Below, piece by piece: positions 37,630 to 46,651 of a DNA stretch of 64,000 bases. Made by a program: the position numbers and the translations under genes. This DNA comes from Gammaproteobacteria bacterium. GTDB taxonomy: Bacteria; Pseudomonadota; Gammaproteobacteria; Steroidobacterales; GCA-2729495. The stretch spans positions 2,604 to 66,603 of the forward strand of contig JAPUGB010000013.1 in the NCBI GenBank assembly GCA_027293165.1, written 5' to 3'. Within the stretch, counting starts at the first letter, position 1. The number at the start of each line of letters is the position of its first letter. A model generated the notes under the pieces. The model had not been told where the DNA came from, searched no databases, and saw only the letters and a list, made by a program, of their open reading frames with translations.

Positions 37630-39066
37630 TTGACCGAAACAAACATCATGAGTGAAACGCAGTGGCTGTCCGTCACGCTGGCCGGCTATGTGGTCGGAAT
37701 GATCGCGATTGGCCTTTGGGCATCGCGACGCACGCGCAATCAGGAAGATTTTTTCCTCGCAGCTCGCCGGCTCGGGCCGTGGATAGCTGCATTGAGCGCT
37801 TCCGCCAGTTCTTCATCCGCCTGGTTCCTGCTCGGGGTTAGCGGCGCCGCTTATACCTGGGGTCTGTCTGCTATCTGGTTGCTGCCGTCCGCACTGCTTG
37901 GTTACCTTGTCGCCTGGCTGTGGGTCGGGCCGAAGTTGCGGCGGCTGGCGAAGCAAACCGGCGCGGTTACGCTGTCCGAGTTCCTGTTCGGGGACTACGA
38001 AGTTGCTGGGAAGAACCCTGTTATCCGGACCGCCTCGGTCATCATTTTGGTCTGCTTTGTGTTTTACGTCGCCGCTCAGTTTCAGGGGGCGGCGCTGGCG
38101 TTTAGCAGTACCTTTGGTCTTGCGCCGGCTATCAGCATCGGCATCGGCGCCGCGATCGTTTTGTTGTACACACTGCTAGGCGGATTCTGGGCAGCGTCCC
38201 TCACGGATACCGTACAAGCATTGCTGATGTTATTTGTTGCGGTGTTGCTCCCGCTGACCTGTGTCGCAGCCGTTGGCGGTTATGGAGAAATCTGGACGCA
38301 GTTGCAGTCCAGCGGGACGGCTGCTGAACGCAGCTTGTTCGGCCCAAATGAAGGCATCATGGCTGCGGGTTTCGTCATCGGTATGCTCAGTATCGGAGCT
38401 GGCTATCCCGGTCAGCCGCATGTCATGAATCGATTTATGGCGCTGCGAGACATGGACAGCCTTCGCCAGGGTCGCTATATCGCGATCGGCTGGATGATCA
38501 TCGTGTTGTCAGGGATGCTTAGCCTGGGATTTTGTGCTCGTTCACTGACTGCCGGAATCGCTAACCCCGAACAGGTGCTATTCGTAATGAGCCGGCAAAT
38601 GCTGCCGCCGGTTCTGGCGGGCCTGATGACGGCAGGAGTCTTGTCCGCCATCATGTCGACCGCCGACAGCCAGTTGCTGGTGGCAGCGTCATCGATTTCG
38701 CGCGACTGGAACCTTGAGCAAAGTCGGCGGCACAGCCAAGTATTGACCACCTCAAGAGTTGTCGTAACTCTGGTTACGCTGGTTGCGTGCCTGGTCGCAA
38801 TATTCGCCCCGCAAACCATCTTCGAGCGGGTGCTGTTTGCCTGGCATGGCGTCGGATCGGCTTTCGCTCCATTGCTGATCCTGCGAGTCTGCGGATTCCG
38901 GGTCAGGGGCAGATTCGCGATTGCCAGTCAACTGCTCGGTTTCGGGCTTACCGCGATTTTCCATTGGTTGCCGGATACCCCCGGGGATATTGTCGAGCGT
39001 GCATTGCCTTTCCTCATCGCACTAGCCGTCGCGATCATGGGGGCCCGTGCCGGTCAGACGAAGTGA
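37630..39066 (+). CDS. Sodium:solute symporter family (SSS) transporter
   Basis: 478 aa and multi-TM. The N-terminal GLWASRRTRNQEDFFLAARRLGPW block is typical of PutP/PanF-like SSS proteins. ATG at 37648 is an alternative start. Confidence 0.75.
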   Translation: MTETNIMSETQWLSVTLAGYVVGMIAIGLWASRRTRNQEDFFLAARRLGPWIAALSASASSSSAWFLLGVSGAAYTWGLSAIWLLPSALLGYLVAWLWVGPKLRRLAKQTGAVTLSEFLFGDYEVAGKNPVIRTASVIILVCFVFYVAAQFQGAALAFSSTFGLAPAISIGIGAAIVLLYTLLGGFWAASLTDTVQALLMLFVAVLLPLTCVAAVGGYGEIWTQLQSSGTAAERSLFGPNEGIMAAGFVIGMLSIGAGYPGQPHVMNRFMALRDMDSLRQGRYIAIGWMIIVLSGMLSLGFCARSLTAGIANPEQVLFVMSRQMLPPVLAGLMTAGVLSAIMSTADSQLLVAASSISRDWNLEQSRRHSQVLTTSRVVVTLVTLVACLVAIFAPQTIFERVLFAWHGVGSAFAPLLILRVCGFRVRGRFAIASQLLGFGLTAIFHWLPDTPGDIVERALPFLIALAVAIMGARAGQTK

Positions 39067-39539
39067 TCGCGGTCAGTTACCACCCAGGCGCGGGGCCAGC
39101 CTGTCGCCCGAGTGCCGAGACCCGTTCCTCGCTCAACCGCAGCTCGACACCCCGGAGGTGCCGCTTGCTTAATCTCGCTACGCCATCCCTGGCGCCGCTC
39201 GAATCGGCGTCCACTCGCCGGGGGGCTACGGCCCCACGCAATAACCCCACTAAAGTTCGGCGCTCGATTCCTCTCCATCACACGGTTTCACCGCAGTGGC
39301 GGCGCCGGGCTTCGTTCCCGACGACGCTCACGGCCCCTCCGGCATGTCCGCTGCGGCGGATCGGAGGGCATCCGAGCGTCGTCGCCGGCTGGCGAGACAG
39401 GGATGTCGGAGCAAGTCGGCGCCGATCTGCCCGAAGCCAGGGACGGCGAAGGGCAGTTAAGCAAGGATGCCCTTCGGGCGCCCGCACCCGGCGACGCGCC
39501 GGTGTGTGCGCGCCGGTCACGGGTGGCTACACTTGCGGC

Positions 39540-39920
39540 ATGAGTACTGACGGTCGCTATCGTCGAATCTGGAACCAGGTCGCAATCATTCCGCCGGGAA
39601 AGGTGGCAAGTTATGGCCAGATCGCGCAATTGGCTGGTATGCCACGCGGTGCCCGAATGGTCGGTCGGGCTCTAGGGCGAGCGCCGGCCGAACTCAAACT
39701 GCCATGGCATCGTGTGTTGAATGCGCAGGGCAGAATCGCGTTACCACCCGACAGTCGCGGTTATCAGCGGCAGCAAGAGCAATTGCAGCAGGAAGGCATT
39801 GAGGTAATAAGCGGGCGAGTTGACCTCAGCCGTTTCGGGTGGCGCCCCACATTGGATGAGCTCGTTTGGGGCCCTGGAATGCTGAGCGATTCAGATCCCG
39901 GCGGCGAGTCCGGCGCCTGA
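39540..39920 (+). CDS. Alkyltransferase-like (ATL) protein, MGMT DNA-binding domain with PWHRV instead of PCHRV
   Basis: MSTDGRYRRIWNQVAIIPPGKVASYGQIAQLAGMPRGARMVGRAL...LPWHRVLNAQGRI. The helix-turn-helix and Arg-finger region of the MGMT family is present. The catalytic Cys is replaced by Trp, as in YbaZ/Atl1. Confidence 0.75.
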   Translation: MSTDGRYRRIWNQVAIIPPGKVASYGQIAQLAGMPRGARMVGRALGRAPAELKLPWHRVLNAQGRIALPPDSRGYQRQQEQLQQEGIEVISGRVDLSRFGWRPTLDELVWGPGMLSDSDPGGESGA

Positions 39921-39972
39921 CCGGGGAATCCTGCGGGCAACGGGTTGTTCTCGGTTGATTTGCTGAGGAGGA

Positions 39973-40224
39973 GTGAACATGAACAGGTACGTGAGTGGAT
40001 TCATCGCCGCCGTCGTGCTGGTTGGCGTGATTGGCTGTGGTCCCAGCAAAAGTCATCATGCGGAAAACAAGTCGGAGGCCGAGCGCGCAGAAGCACTCCG
40101 AACTTCGACCTTCGGTCCGATGGTTGGAACCATGGACCGTGCTGCCGGTGTGGAACAACTGAACCAGGACCGCAAAGGGCGTCTGGATCAGGCACTGGAG
40201 GAGTCAGAAGGCCGCGGACGTTGA
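39973..40224 (+). CDS. Small hypothetical lipoprotein
   Basis: 83 aa. Signal peptide with lipobox VIGC (MNMNRYVSGFIAAVVLVGVIGC) and a charged helical remainder. Confidence 0.5.
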   Translation: MNMNRYVSGFIAAVVLVGVIGCGPSKSHHAENKSEAERAEALRTSTFGPMVGTMDRAAGVEQLNQDRKGRLDQALEESEGRGR

Positions 40225-40261
40225 CCTGGCATGGTTCAACATGGCGACGATTTCTGAATAA

Positions 40262-40287
40262 TAAAAAAACCCGCCCCGAAGGGCGGG
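40262..40287 (-). terminator. Rho-independent terminator (strong in minus orientation, possibly bidirectional)
   Basis: CCCGCCC-CGAA-GGGCGGG perfect 7-bp GC stem at 40270-40287, flanked on the left by AAAAAAA. This reads as GGGCGGG + UUUUUUU on the minus strand. There is no U-tract on the plus side. Confidence 0.7.
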
Positions 40288-40784
40288 TGGATGGGCACGG
40301 AAATCTTATTGTTGTCAGTAGCCCTGTGTCGTTGTCGGAGGGCCTCTGGCGGGCCCCGCACTTTATTCTTATGAGCTGTTTGTACTCGTCCTCTAAGGGC
40401 GGAACCGTCGTGTCACCTGGTTACCGTGCAGCTTCCGTGCCAGATTGCCTGGAAATACGGTTTGATTTAACAGAACTTTGACGGTCGCCCCGATAGTGTG
40501 CACCCGGTCACGAATCTTTGCTGCAAGGCTCGCTCGCGGTTTTCGTCGAATTCCAATCTCAACACGACCTTGTTAAACGGAGCGACACTATCGCGCGTTC
40601 AAACTGTGCGGCGGTTCACGCGGCATAAAAAGATATTTTGCAAATCAGGTACTTGATACGATACCCGAGGTGTAAACGCCTCCGACATCAAGGCATTGTG
40701 AAGCTTGATACCGGTGCGGGTTCGGGCGCCGCAACGTCAAGCCGCGTCTGCCGGCTGCCATGAGATCGTGGCCTGCGTGGTGGA

Positions 40785-40810
40785 ATTAAAACAAGCCTCG
40801 AGGAGGCTTG
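40785..40810 (-). terminator. Rho-independent terminator after the DUF465 gene
   Basis: CAAGCCTC-GAG-GAGGCTTG 8-bp stem at 40792-40810. It is followed on the minus strand by TTTTAATT and lies about 35 nt after the stop codon at 40845. Confidence 0.6.
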
Positions 40811-40844
40811 AGCTCTTAGCTGGCCGCCGCGTCTGCGGACTGAA

Positions 40845-41060
40845 TCAGGCGTTCAGGTCCGGTATCAGTGCGCTCTCCAAACGGGTAATCATGTCTTTGA
40901 GCCTGAGCTTCTGCTTTTTCAAGCGGCGAATTCTCAGCTGGTCGACATGCGGATTTTTTGCCAGTTCGGTGATGGCCACATCGAGATCCCGATGTGCCAC
41001 CCGGAGCTCTTTCAGACGGGTACGGCTACCTAAAGCTATGATTTCTATGTTTTCTATCAT
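40845..41060 (-). CDS. DUF465 (YdcH-like) small protein
   Basis: LKELRVAHRDLDVAITELAKNPHVDQLRIRRLKKQKLRLKDMITRLE matches the YdcH pattern (..LDHEI....RMKKQKLQLKDEM). Start placed at MIENIE (71 aa). The longer 118-aa ORF would overlap cysQ. Confidence 0.6.
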   Translation of the reverse strand: MIENIEIIALGSRTRLKELRVAHRDLDVAITELAKNPHVDQLRIRRLKKQKLRLKDMITRLESALIPDLNA

Positions 41061-41182
41061 CCTCGATGAAAGAGTCGATAGCGCAGCCAATGATGCAATG
41101 CTGGCTCCGCTGATTCTAGCAGGACTGACGCGTTTCGGCAGGTCTGCCTCAGCCGGCGGGCCGGAACAGGGTTCCGTATGGA

Positions 41183-41959
41183 TCAGGCGTATTCGGTCCA
41201 ATCGCGGGAAACGTCACCAAAAACAATGAAATGCGGATTCAATATATCGCTCTTAGTGTTGTATAGAATAGGTTGTCCGTCCAATCCTGTGACCTGGCCT
41301 CCGGCGCTGTCGACAACGGCGTGCGCGGCCGCGATATCCCATTCTGACGTTGGTCCAAGCCGTGGGTAGATGTCTGCCTCTCCAGCGGCCACTAGACATA
41401 ATTTCAACGAACTGCCCATCCCAACCATCACATGTTCGCCAAGATTCTTGAGATAGCGGTCCAGCGAGCGGGCCCGGTGCGATCGGCTGCCCACGACCCG
41501 AACGGGAGAATGCGCTTTGCGGGTCACATGGATTTGTCGAGGTAATTCTTCGCCGTCGCGTTTGAATGCCGCCGCTCCCTGGCAGCCAAAATAGTCTTGA
41601 TTCCGCGCTGGCACATGCACGACGCCCAAAACGGGTTTGTGATGACTGATCAGGGCGATATTGACGGTGAATTCGCCGTTCCGGGCGATAAACTCCCGGG
41701 TTCCGTCGAGCGGGTCAATGAGCCAATATTGGTCCCATTTCGAGCGTTCCGCATAGGGAATCTCAGACGATTCCTCGGACAGGATAGGAACATCCGGCGT
41801 CAGTTTTTCGAGTTCGCGCACGATTGTGCTGTGTGACGCTTTATCCGCGGAGGTCAACGGAGAGTTATCGGCCTTGGTTTCAATCTCGAAATCGGTCTCG
41901 TAAATAGCCATGATGCGGGAACCGGCATCCCTGGCGATTTTGAGTGCCGGCGAGATCAA
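41183..41959 (-). CDS. cysQ: 3'(2'),5'-bisphosphate nucleotidase
   Basis: SPLTSADKASH, YWLIDPLDGTREFIARNGEFTVNIALI and WDIAAAHAV blocks align with CysQ. Confidence 0.9.
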   Translation of the reverse strand: MISPALKIARDAGSRIMAIYETDFEIETKADNSPLTSADKASHSTIVRELEKLTPDVPILSEESSEIPYAERSKWDQYWLIDPLDGTREFIARNGEFTVNIALISHHKPVLGVVHVPARNQDYFGCQGAAAFKRDGEELPRQIHVTRKAHSPVRVVGSRSHRARSLDRYLKNLGEHVMVGMGSSLKLCLVAAGEADIYPRLGPTSEWDIAAAHAVVDSAGGQVTGLDGQPILYNTKSDILNPHFIVFGDVSRDWTEYA

Positions 41960-41996
41960 ATTTTCCAGCTCGCTTTGTATGCATCACCTCCGCCGC

Positions 41997-43280
41997 TTAG
42001 CGTCTGCCGGGGGGCTTCCCGCCGGAGCGCTTGCCTTTGTTGCCCCGCCCTCCGGGCCGTGGTGAGTGCCCGCGCGGATTTGGCCGCCGGCGTGGCGGCG
42101 GAGGAATCTCGATGTCCGCAAGTAATCCCGGATCGATCGTGCCGACCGGTATCGCATGGCCGAGGAAGGTTTCGATGTCCGGGAGTGAAGCAGCATAGGT
42201 TTCGCAGGCAAAGCTGATGGCATCACCGCTGGCTCCGGCGCGAGCGGTGCGACCAATTCGATGGACATAATCCTCCGGATCGAAGGGCAAGTCGTAATTG
42301 ACCACATGGCTAACGTCAGGTACGTGCAGGCCACGGGACGCGACATCCGTGGCTACGAGCACCGGGAGCTCTCCCGACTGAAAGCGCCGTAACATCGACA
42401 TGCGCTTTTTTTGGGGAACGTCGCCCGAAATAGCTTTAGCACCCATGCCGTTGTGTTGAAGTACCTGCGCAACGCGGTCTGCGTCGCGCTTCATATTCAC
42501 GAATACCATGGTTCGCGTTGCAGCTGCACTGCTGAGGAGGCTCATCAGCAATGGGAGTTTCTCGTCATTGCCGGGGAAATAGACGAGCTGGGTTACTCGA
42601 TCTACGGTCATTTTGTCGGGTTCGATGCGAACCACTTCGGGGTCATTCATATGTTCGTAGGCAAGTTCGATGACCTTGTGGCTGAGAGTCGCTGAGAACA
42701 GCATATTCAGTCGACTTGTAGCCGGCGGCAGCCGCCGAAGGACATAGCGAATGTCACGGATGAAACCCAGGTCAAACATCCTGTCAGCTTCGTCCAGCAC
42801 CAAGACCTGTGTATCGTTTAAGCTGAATATCCCTTGCTTGAAGTAGTCGATAAATCGTCCGGGCGTGCCAATTAGAACGTCCACCCCACTTAATAGCCTT
42901 TGGCGTTGCTCCTCGTATTCGGCTCCTCCGTAGACGACCTGGCAACGAAATTCAGTACCACTTCCAAGAACCTTGGCGTCCTCGTAAATTTGAACTGCCA
43001 ATTCGCGTGTTGGTGCCAGCATGATCGCACGCGGTCCTCGCGAAGGCTTGCCGGTCACCGAACCATTGTTTAGAAGGTGATTGAAGCTCGCCAGCAAAAA
43101 GGCGGCCGTTTTTCCCGTACCCGTATGGGCCTGGCCAGCCACATCTTTGCCGGCTAGAGCCAGTGGCAGAGTCTGGGCCTGAATTGGCGTGCAGTGTGTG
43201 AATCCGGCCGCGCGGACGCCCTGCCGAAGTTGTTCGGGGAGGTCAAGCGCTTCAAAAAGCGTCTCTGTGGAGCCAGTCAT
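41997..43280 (-). CDS. rhlB: ATP-dependent DEAD-box RNA helicase RhlB
   Basis: Q-motif, AHTGTGKT, DEAD box VLDEADRMFD, SAT, HRIGRTARAG, Arg-rich C-tail. Divergent from trxA-rho as in E. coli. Confidence 0.85.
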   Translation of the reverse strand: MTGSTETLFEALDLPEQLRQGVRAAGFTHCTPIQAQTLPLALAGKDVAGQAHTGTGKTAAFLLASFNHLLNNGSVTGKPSRGPRAIMLAPTRELAVQIYEDAKVLGSGTEFRCQVVYGGAEYEEQRQRLLSGVDVLIGTPGRFIDYFKQGIFSLNDTQVLVLDEADRMFDLGFIRDIRYVLRRLPPATSRLNMLFSATLSHKVIELAYEHMNDPEVVRIEPDKMTVDRVTQLVYFPGNDEKLPLLMSLLSSAAATRTMVFVNMKRDADRVAQVLQHNGMGAKAISGDVPQKKRMSMLRRFQSGELPVLVATDVASRGLHVPDVSHVVNYDLPFDPEDYVHRIGRTARAGASGDAISFACETYAASLPDIETFLGHAIPVGTIDPGLLADIEIPPPPRRRPNPRGHSPRPGGRGNKGKRSGGKPPGRR

Positions 43281-43571
43281 TATTTGGGATTTCTGACCGG
43301 AAACGCGGAATAAACACTTGCAAATCTTCTCAGGAACGGTTCAAATTGCATCAAAATCTATGCGGGGTTTACCGCGTCTCCCTAGATTACTGCCAACACG
43401 CTGCCCTTAATTGGTCTGACGGAAGCTTTTTTACGTACCCTTGGATTGTGCCTTATTGGGGCCGCAGCTTCACTAGGAACAGCGTCAAATCGGGTTTTTG
43501 AGTGCTGCTGCGCTACTTCGCGGCGGTCAGGCGTTGGTAATTTCCGATAGCAATACGACACAGTAGTACCG

Positions 43572-43892
43572 ATGAGCATAACGCATATTAGCGACGACAC
43601 TTTCGATTCGGAGGTTCTCCAGGCAAATAAACCTGTACTGGTGGATTTTTGGGCAGAGTGGTGTGGTCCATGCAAGATGATTGCACCCATACTTGAAGAA
43701 GTCTCGGCCCAGTTTGAAGATCGTCTGACGATTGCCAAAATCGATGTTGACGGGAACCCAAAAGTACCGCCGAAGTATGGAATTCGAAGCATTCCGACGC
43801 TAATCCTGTTTAAGGATGGCTTGGTCGAAGCGCAGAAGATCGGAGCTGTTTCGAAGAAACAGCTAGAGAAATTTCTGGAAGAAAACCTGTGA
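43572..43892 (+). CDS. trxA: Thioredoxin
   Basis: 106 aa, with WAEWCGPCK active site and full-length TrxA similarity. Confidence 0.95.
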   Translation: MSITHISDDTFDSEVLQANKPVLVDFWAEWCGPCKMIAPILEEVSAQFEDRLTIAKIDVDGNPKVPPKYGIRSIPTLILFKDGLVEAQKIGAVSKKQLEKFLEENL

Positions 43893-45325
43893 GAGGGTAC
43901 CTTGGAAATTCTGCTCGTTCGCGGACCAAGTCCAATGGCCGTAGTAAGTCTGGCGAGCCTTCATCGAAAAAGAAGCCTCGTCGCCGCAGGCAGGACGCGG
44001 ATGAAGCCGCTACCTTTACCGACGATGACATCATTCGCAAGGGTGACCTCGAGAAGGGCGAGAAGCTTCTTGATCTGACTGAGCTCAAGAACAAGCCTCC
44101 AGCGGATCTTGTCGCTCTCGCTGATTCCATGGGTCTTGAAAATCTGGCGCGATCGCGCAAACAGGATATTATTTTCGCGGTTCTCAAAGCCCATGCGCAA
44201 AATGGCCAAGACATCTACGGGGACGGCGTGCTTGAGATTCTTCAGGACGGATTCGGCTTTCTTCGTTCTGCCGACAGTTCATATCTCGCCGGTCCGGACG
44301 ATATCTATGTTTCGCCCAGCCAGATCCGGCGCTTCAATCTTCGCACCGGCGATAGTATCGGGGGATTGATACGGCCACCGAAGGATAGTGAGAGATATTT
44401 TGCGCTACTTAAGGTGGGCGAGATCAATCTGGACGAACCGGAGAGCGCTCGCAGCAAGGTCCTGTTCGAGAACCTCACGCCGTTATTTCCGACTGAGCCA
44501 CTCGGGCTGGAACAGGGGACCGGGAGTACCGAGGACCTGACTGCACGAATCATCGATATGATTGCGCCGGTCGGCAAAGGGCAACGTGGATTGATTGTCT
44601 CCCCGCCCAAGGCGGGCAAAACCATGTTGCTGCAGAATATTGCTTCGTCTATAGCGGCCAACCACCCTGAATGCGTGCTCATGGTGCTATTGATCGATGA
44701 ACGTCCAGAGGAAGTTACCGAGATGGCGCGATCGGTACGGGGCGAGGTTGTGTCGAGTACATTCGATGAGCCGGCGAGTCGCCATGTTCAGGTTGCCGAA
44801 ATGGTCATCGAGAAAGCCAAGCGGCTGGTCGAGCATAAGCGCGACGTGATTATTCTGCTCGATTCGATTACGCGGCTTGCCAGGGCCTACAACACCGTCG
44901 TTCCGTCGTCCGGAAAGGTTCTTACTGGCGGCGTTGATGCGAATGCGCTCCATCGTCCGAAACGCTTTTTCGGCGCTGCACGCAATATTGAAGAAGGCGG
45001 AAGCCTGACTATTCTTGCGACTGCCTTGATTGACACAGGTTCCAAGATGGATGACGTTATCTACGAAGAATTCAAGGGGACCGGTAATCTTGAAATTCAC
45101 CTGGATCGTCGGATCTCGGAAAAGCGTGTCTATCCTGCGATCAATATCAATCGTTCCGGGACTCGTAAAGAGGAATTGCTTACCGAGCCGGATGAACTCC
45201 AGAAAATATGGGTGCTAAGAAAAGTCCTGCATCCGATGGACGAGTTAGCAGCGCTAGAATTCCTGCTAGGAAAGATGCAGGACACAAAAACGAACGCCGC
45301 TTTCTTCGAGGCAATGAAACGCTAA
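43889..45325 (+). CDS. rho: Transcription termination factor Rho, with an apparent 60-aa N-terminal extension
   Basis: From LTELKNKP onward it is near-identical in pattern to E. coli/Pseudomonas Rho ([63 protein letters not shown]). The canonical Met position is CTT (Leu). The only canonical in-frame upstream start is GTG at 43889, which overlaps the trxA stop. Confidence 0.85.
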   Translation: MRGYLGNSARSRTKSNGRSKSGEPSSKKKPRRRRQDADEAATFTDDDIIRKGDLEKGEKLLDLTELKNKPPADLVALADSMGLENLARSRKQDIIFAVLKAHAQNGQDIYGDGVLEILQDGFGFLRSADSSYLAGPDDIYVSPSQIRRFNLRTGDSIGGLIRPPKDSERYFALLKVGEINLDEPESARSKVLFENLTPLFPTEPLGLEQGTGSTEDLTARIIDMIAPVGKGQRGLIVSPPKAGKTMLLQNIASSIAANHPECVLMVLLIDERPEEVTEMARSVRGEVVSSTFDEPASRHVQVAEMVIEKAKRLVEHKRDVIILLDSITRLARAYNTVVPSSGKVLTGGVDANALHRPKRFFGAARNIEEGGSLTILATALIDTGSKMDDVIYEEFKGTGNLEIHLDRRISEKRVYPAININRSGTRKEELLTEPDELQKIWVLRKVLHPMDELAALEFLLGKMQDTKTNAAFFEAMKR

Positions 45326-45352
45326 AACGTTTCTGCTGGGCGAAAAATCGCG

Positions 45353-46639
45353 CTACCCCCGTTCACGGTCAACTGCCCTGTATCCGATATCCTTCCGGTA
45401 ATAGAGGTCGCGCCATCCAATCTCGCCCGCCAATCGGTAGGCTTCCCGTTGAGCTTCGGTAACTGTGTTGCCAAGCGCTACGGTACACAGGACCCGGCCG
45501 CCACTGGTTACGATCGTATTACCGTCCCGGGCTGTCCCGGCATGAAAGACTTTTTGGTGTTCGGGCAAGCGTTCCGGGATTCCCCTGACGACATCCCCGT
45601 GGCGGTACTCACCTGGGTAACCGCCGGCCGTCATCACGACACCCAGCGCGACTCGCGGGTCCCATTCGGCCTGAATGTTTCCCAGGCGCCTATCCAGCGC
45701 AGCCTCGATCAGCGCAACCAGATCGGATTTCAAGCGGAACAGTAACGGTTGTGTCTCCGGGTCGCCCAACCTGCAGTTGAATTCCAGAACTTTCGCCGTT
45801 CCGTCCGGGGCAATGACCAGTCCGGCATACAGGAAGCCGAGGTAGGGATTGCCATCCTTTTGCATTCCTTCCACCGTCGGCCGCATGATGTCGGTCATGA
45901 TTCGTGTGGCAACAGCCTCGGTGATGACTGGTGCGGGTGAATAGGCGCCCATCCCTCCCGTGTTCGGCCCACTATCGCCATCATCGCGTGCTTTGTGGTC
46001 TTGTGAGGTTGCCAACGGAAGCACGTTATGGCCATCAATCATTGCAATGAAGCTTGCCTCCTCGCCTTCCAAAAAGTCTTCGATGACGATTTTTTCTCCG
46101 GCAGCGCCGAAAGCGCCTTGCTGCAGCATTTGGCGAATTGCTGATTCGGCTTCATCGAAATTCCGGGCAACGACAACTCCCTTGCCCGCCGCTAGCCCGT
46201 CGGCCTTGATCACAATTGGTGTGGCGCGTCGCTGCAGGTAGTCCAGCGCCTTATCGACTTCGGTAAAACTCTGGTGCGCCGCAGTCGGAATACCGTGGCG
46301 TTCCATGAACTCCTTGCTGTAGGCTTTGGATCCCTCGAGCCGTGCCGCCGAGGCGGTGGGGCCGAAACAGCGCAGACCGGCCGCTACAAAACGATCGACG
46401 ATGCCATCTACCAAGGGAGCCTCTGGCCCAACGACGGTGAGGTCAATCCCTGTTGAACCAGCGAATTCCAGCAGATCGTCAATATCCGTGGCAGCGATTT
46501 CGACGTTCTCCACGCCGAGCTCGTCTGCCGTGCCAGCATTTCCAGGGGCGACCAGCACTTTATCCACTTGGGGGGATTGGGCCAGCGACCAGGCCAGCGC
46601 ATGTTCTCGACCCCCACCTCCAATTACAAGAATCTTCAT
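45353..46639 (-). CDS. purD: Phosphoribosylamine--glycine ligase
   Basis: MKILVIGGGGREHALAWSL N-terminus and ATP-grasp core. 428 aa. Confidence 0.95.
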   Translation of the reverse strand: MKILVIGGGGREHALAWSLAQSPQVDKVLVAPGNAGTADELGVENVEIAATDIDDLLEFAGSTGIDLTVVGPEAPLVDGIVDRFVAAGLRCFGPTASAARLEGSKAYSKEFMERHGIPTAAHQSFTEVDKALDYLQRRATPIVIKADGLAAGKGVVVARNFDEAESAIRQMLQQGAFGAAGEKIVIEDFLEGEEASFIAMIDGHNVLPLATSQDHKARDDGDSGPNTGGMGAYSPAPVITEAVATRIMTDIMRPTVEGMQKDGNPYLGFLYAGLVIAPDGTAKVLEFNCRLGDPETQPLLFRLKSDLVALIEAALDRRLGNIQAEWDPRVALGVVMTAGGYPGEYRHGDVVRGIPERLPEHQKVFHAGTARDGNTIVTSGGRVLCTVALGNTVTEAQREAYRLAGEIGWRDLYYRKDIGYRAVDRERG

Positions 46640-46651
46640 ATACTGCGAGTG

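Noticed and set aside
39067-39539. Cobalamin or glycine riboswitch in the GC-rich spacer
   Set aside because: The minus strand shows GCCACUG and GGAGAG...CGCCGAA fragments, but the rest of either consensus is missing. That strand also has no downstream gene to regulate. The matches are probably chance matches in GC-rich sequence.
38787-39920. 377-aa ORF running from inside the symporter gene to the end of the ATL gene
   Set aside because: Only the last 126 codons (from ATG at 39540) resemble a real protein, the MGMT/ATL domain. The upstream part overlaps the symporter out of frame and then crosses the GC-rich spacer as Arg-rich nonsense.
40288-40784. tmRNA, RNase P RNA, SRP RNA or 6S RNA in the ORF-free segment
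   Set aside because: GGAAUUCGACG loosely recalls the tmRNA 5' region. However, there is no acceptor stem, T-arm or CCA end. There is no GAGGAAAGUCCGG or ACAGAA-CGGCUUA RNase P block. The SRP GGAA-tetraloop helix is absent, and the genomic context is wrong for 6S. The segment is kept only as an unclassified ncRNA candidate.
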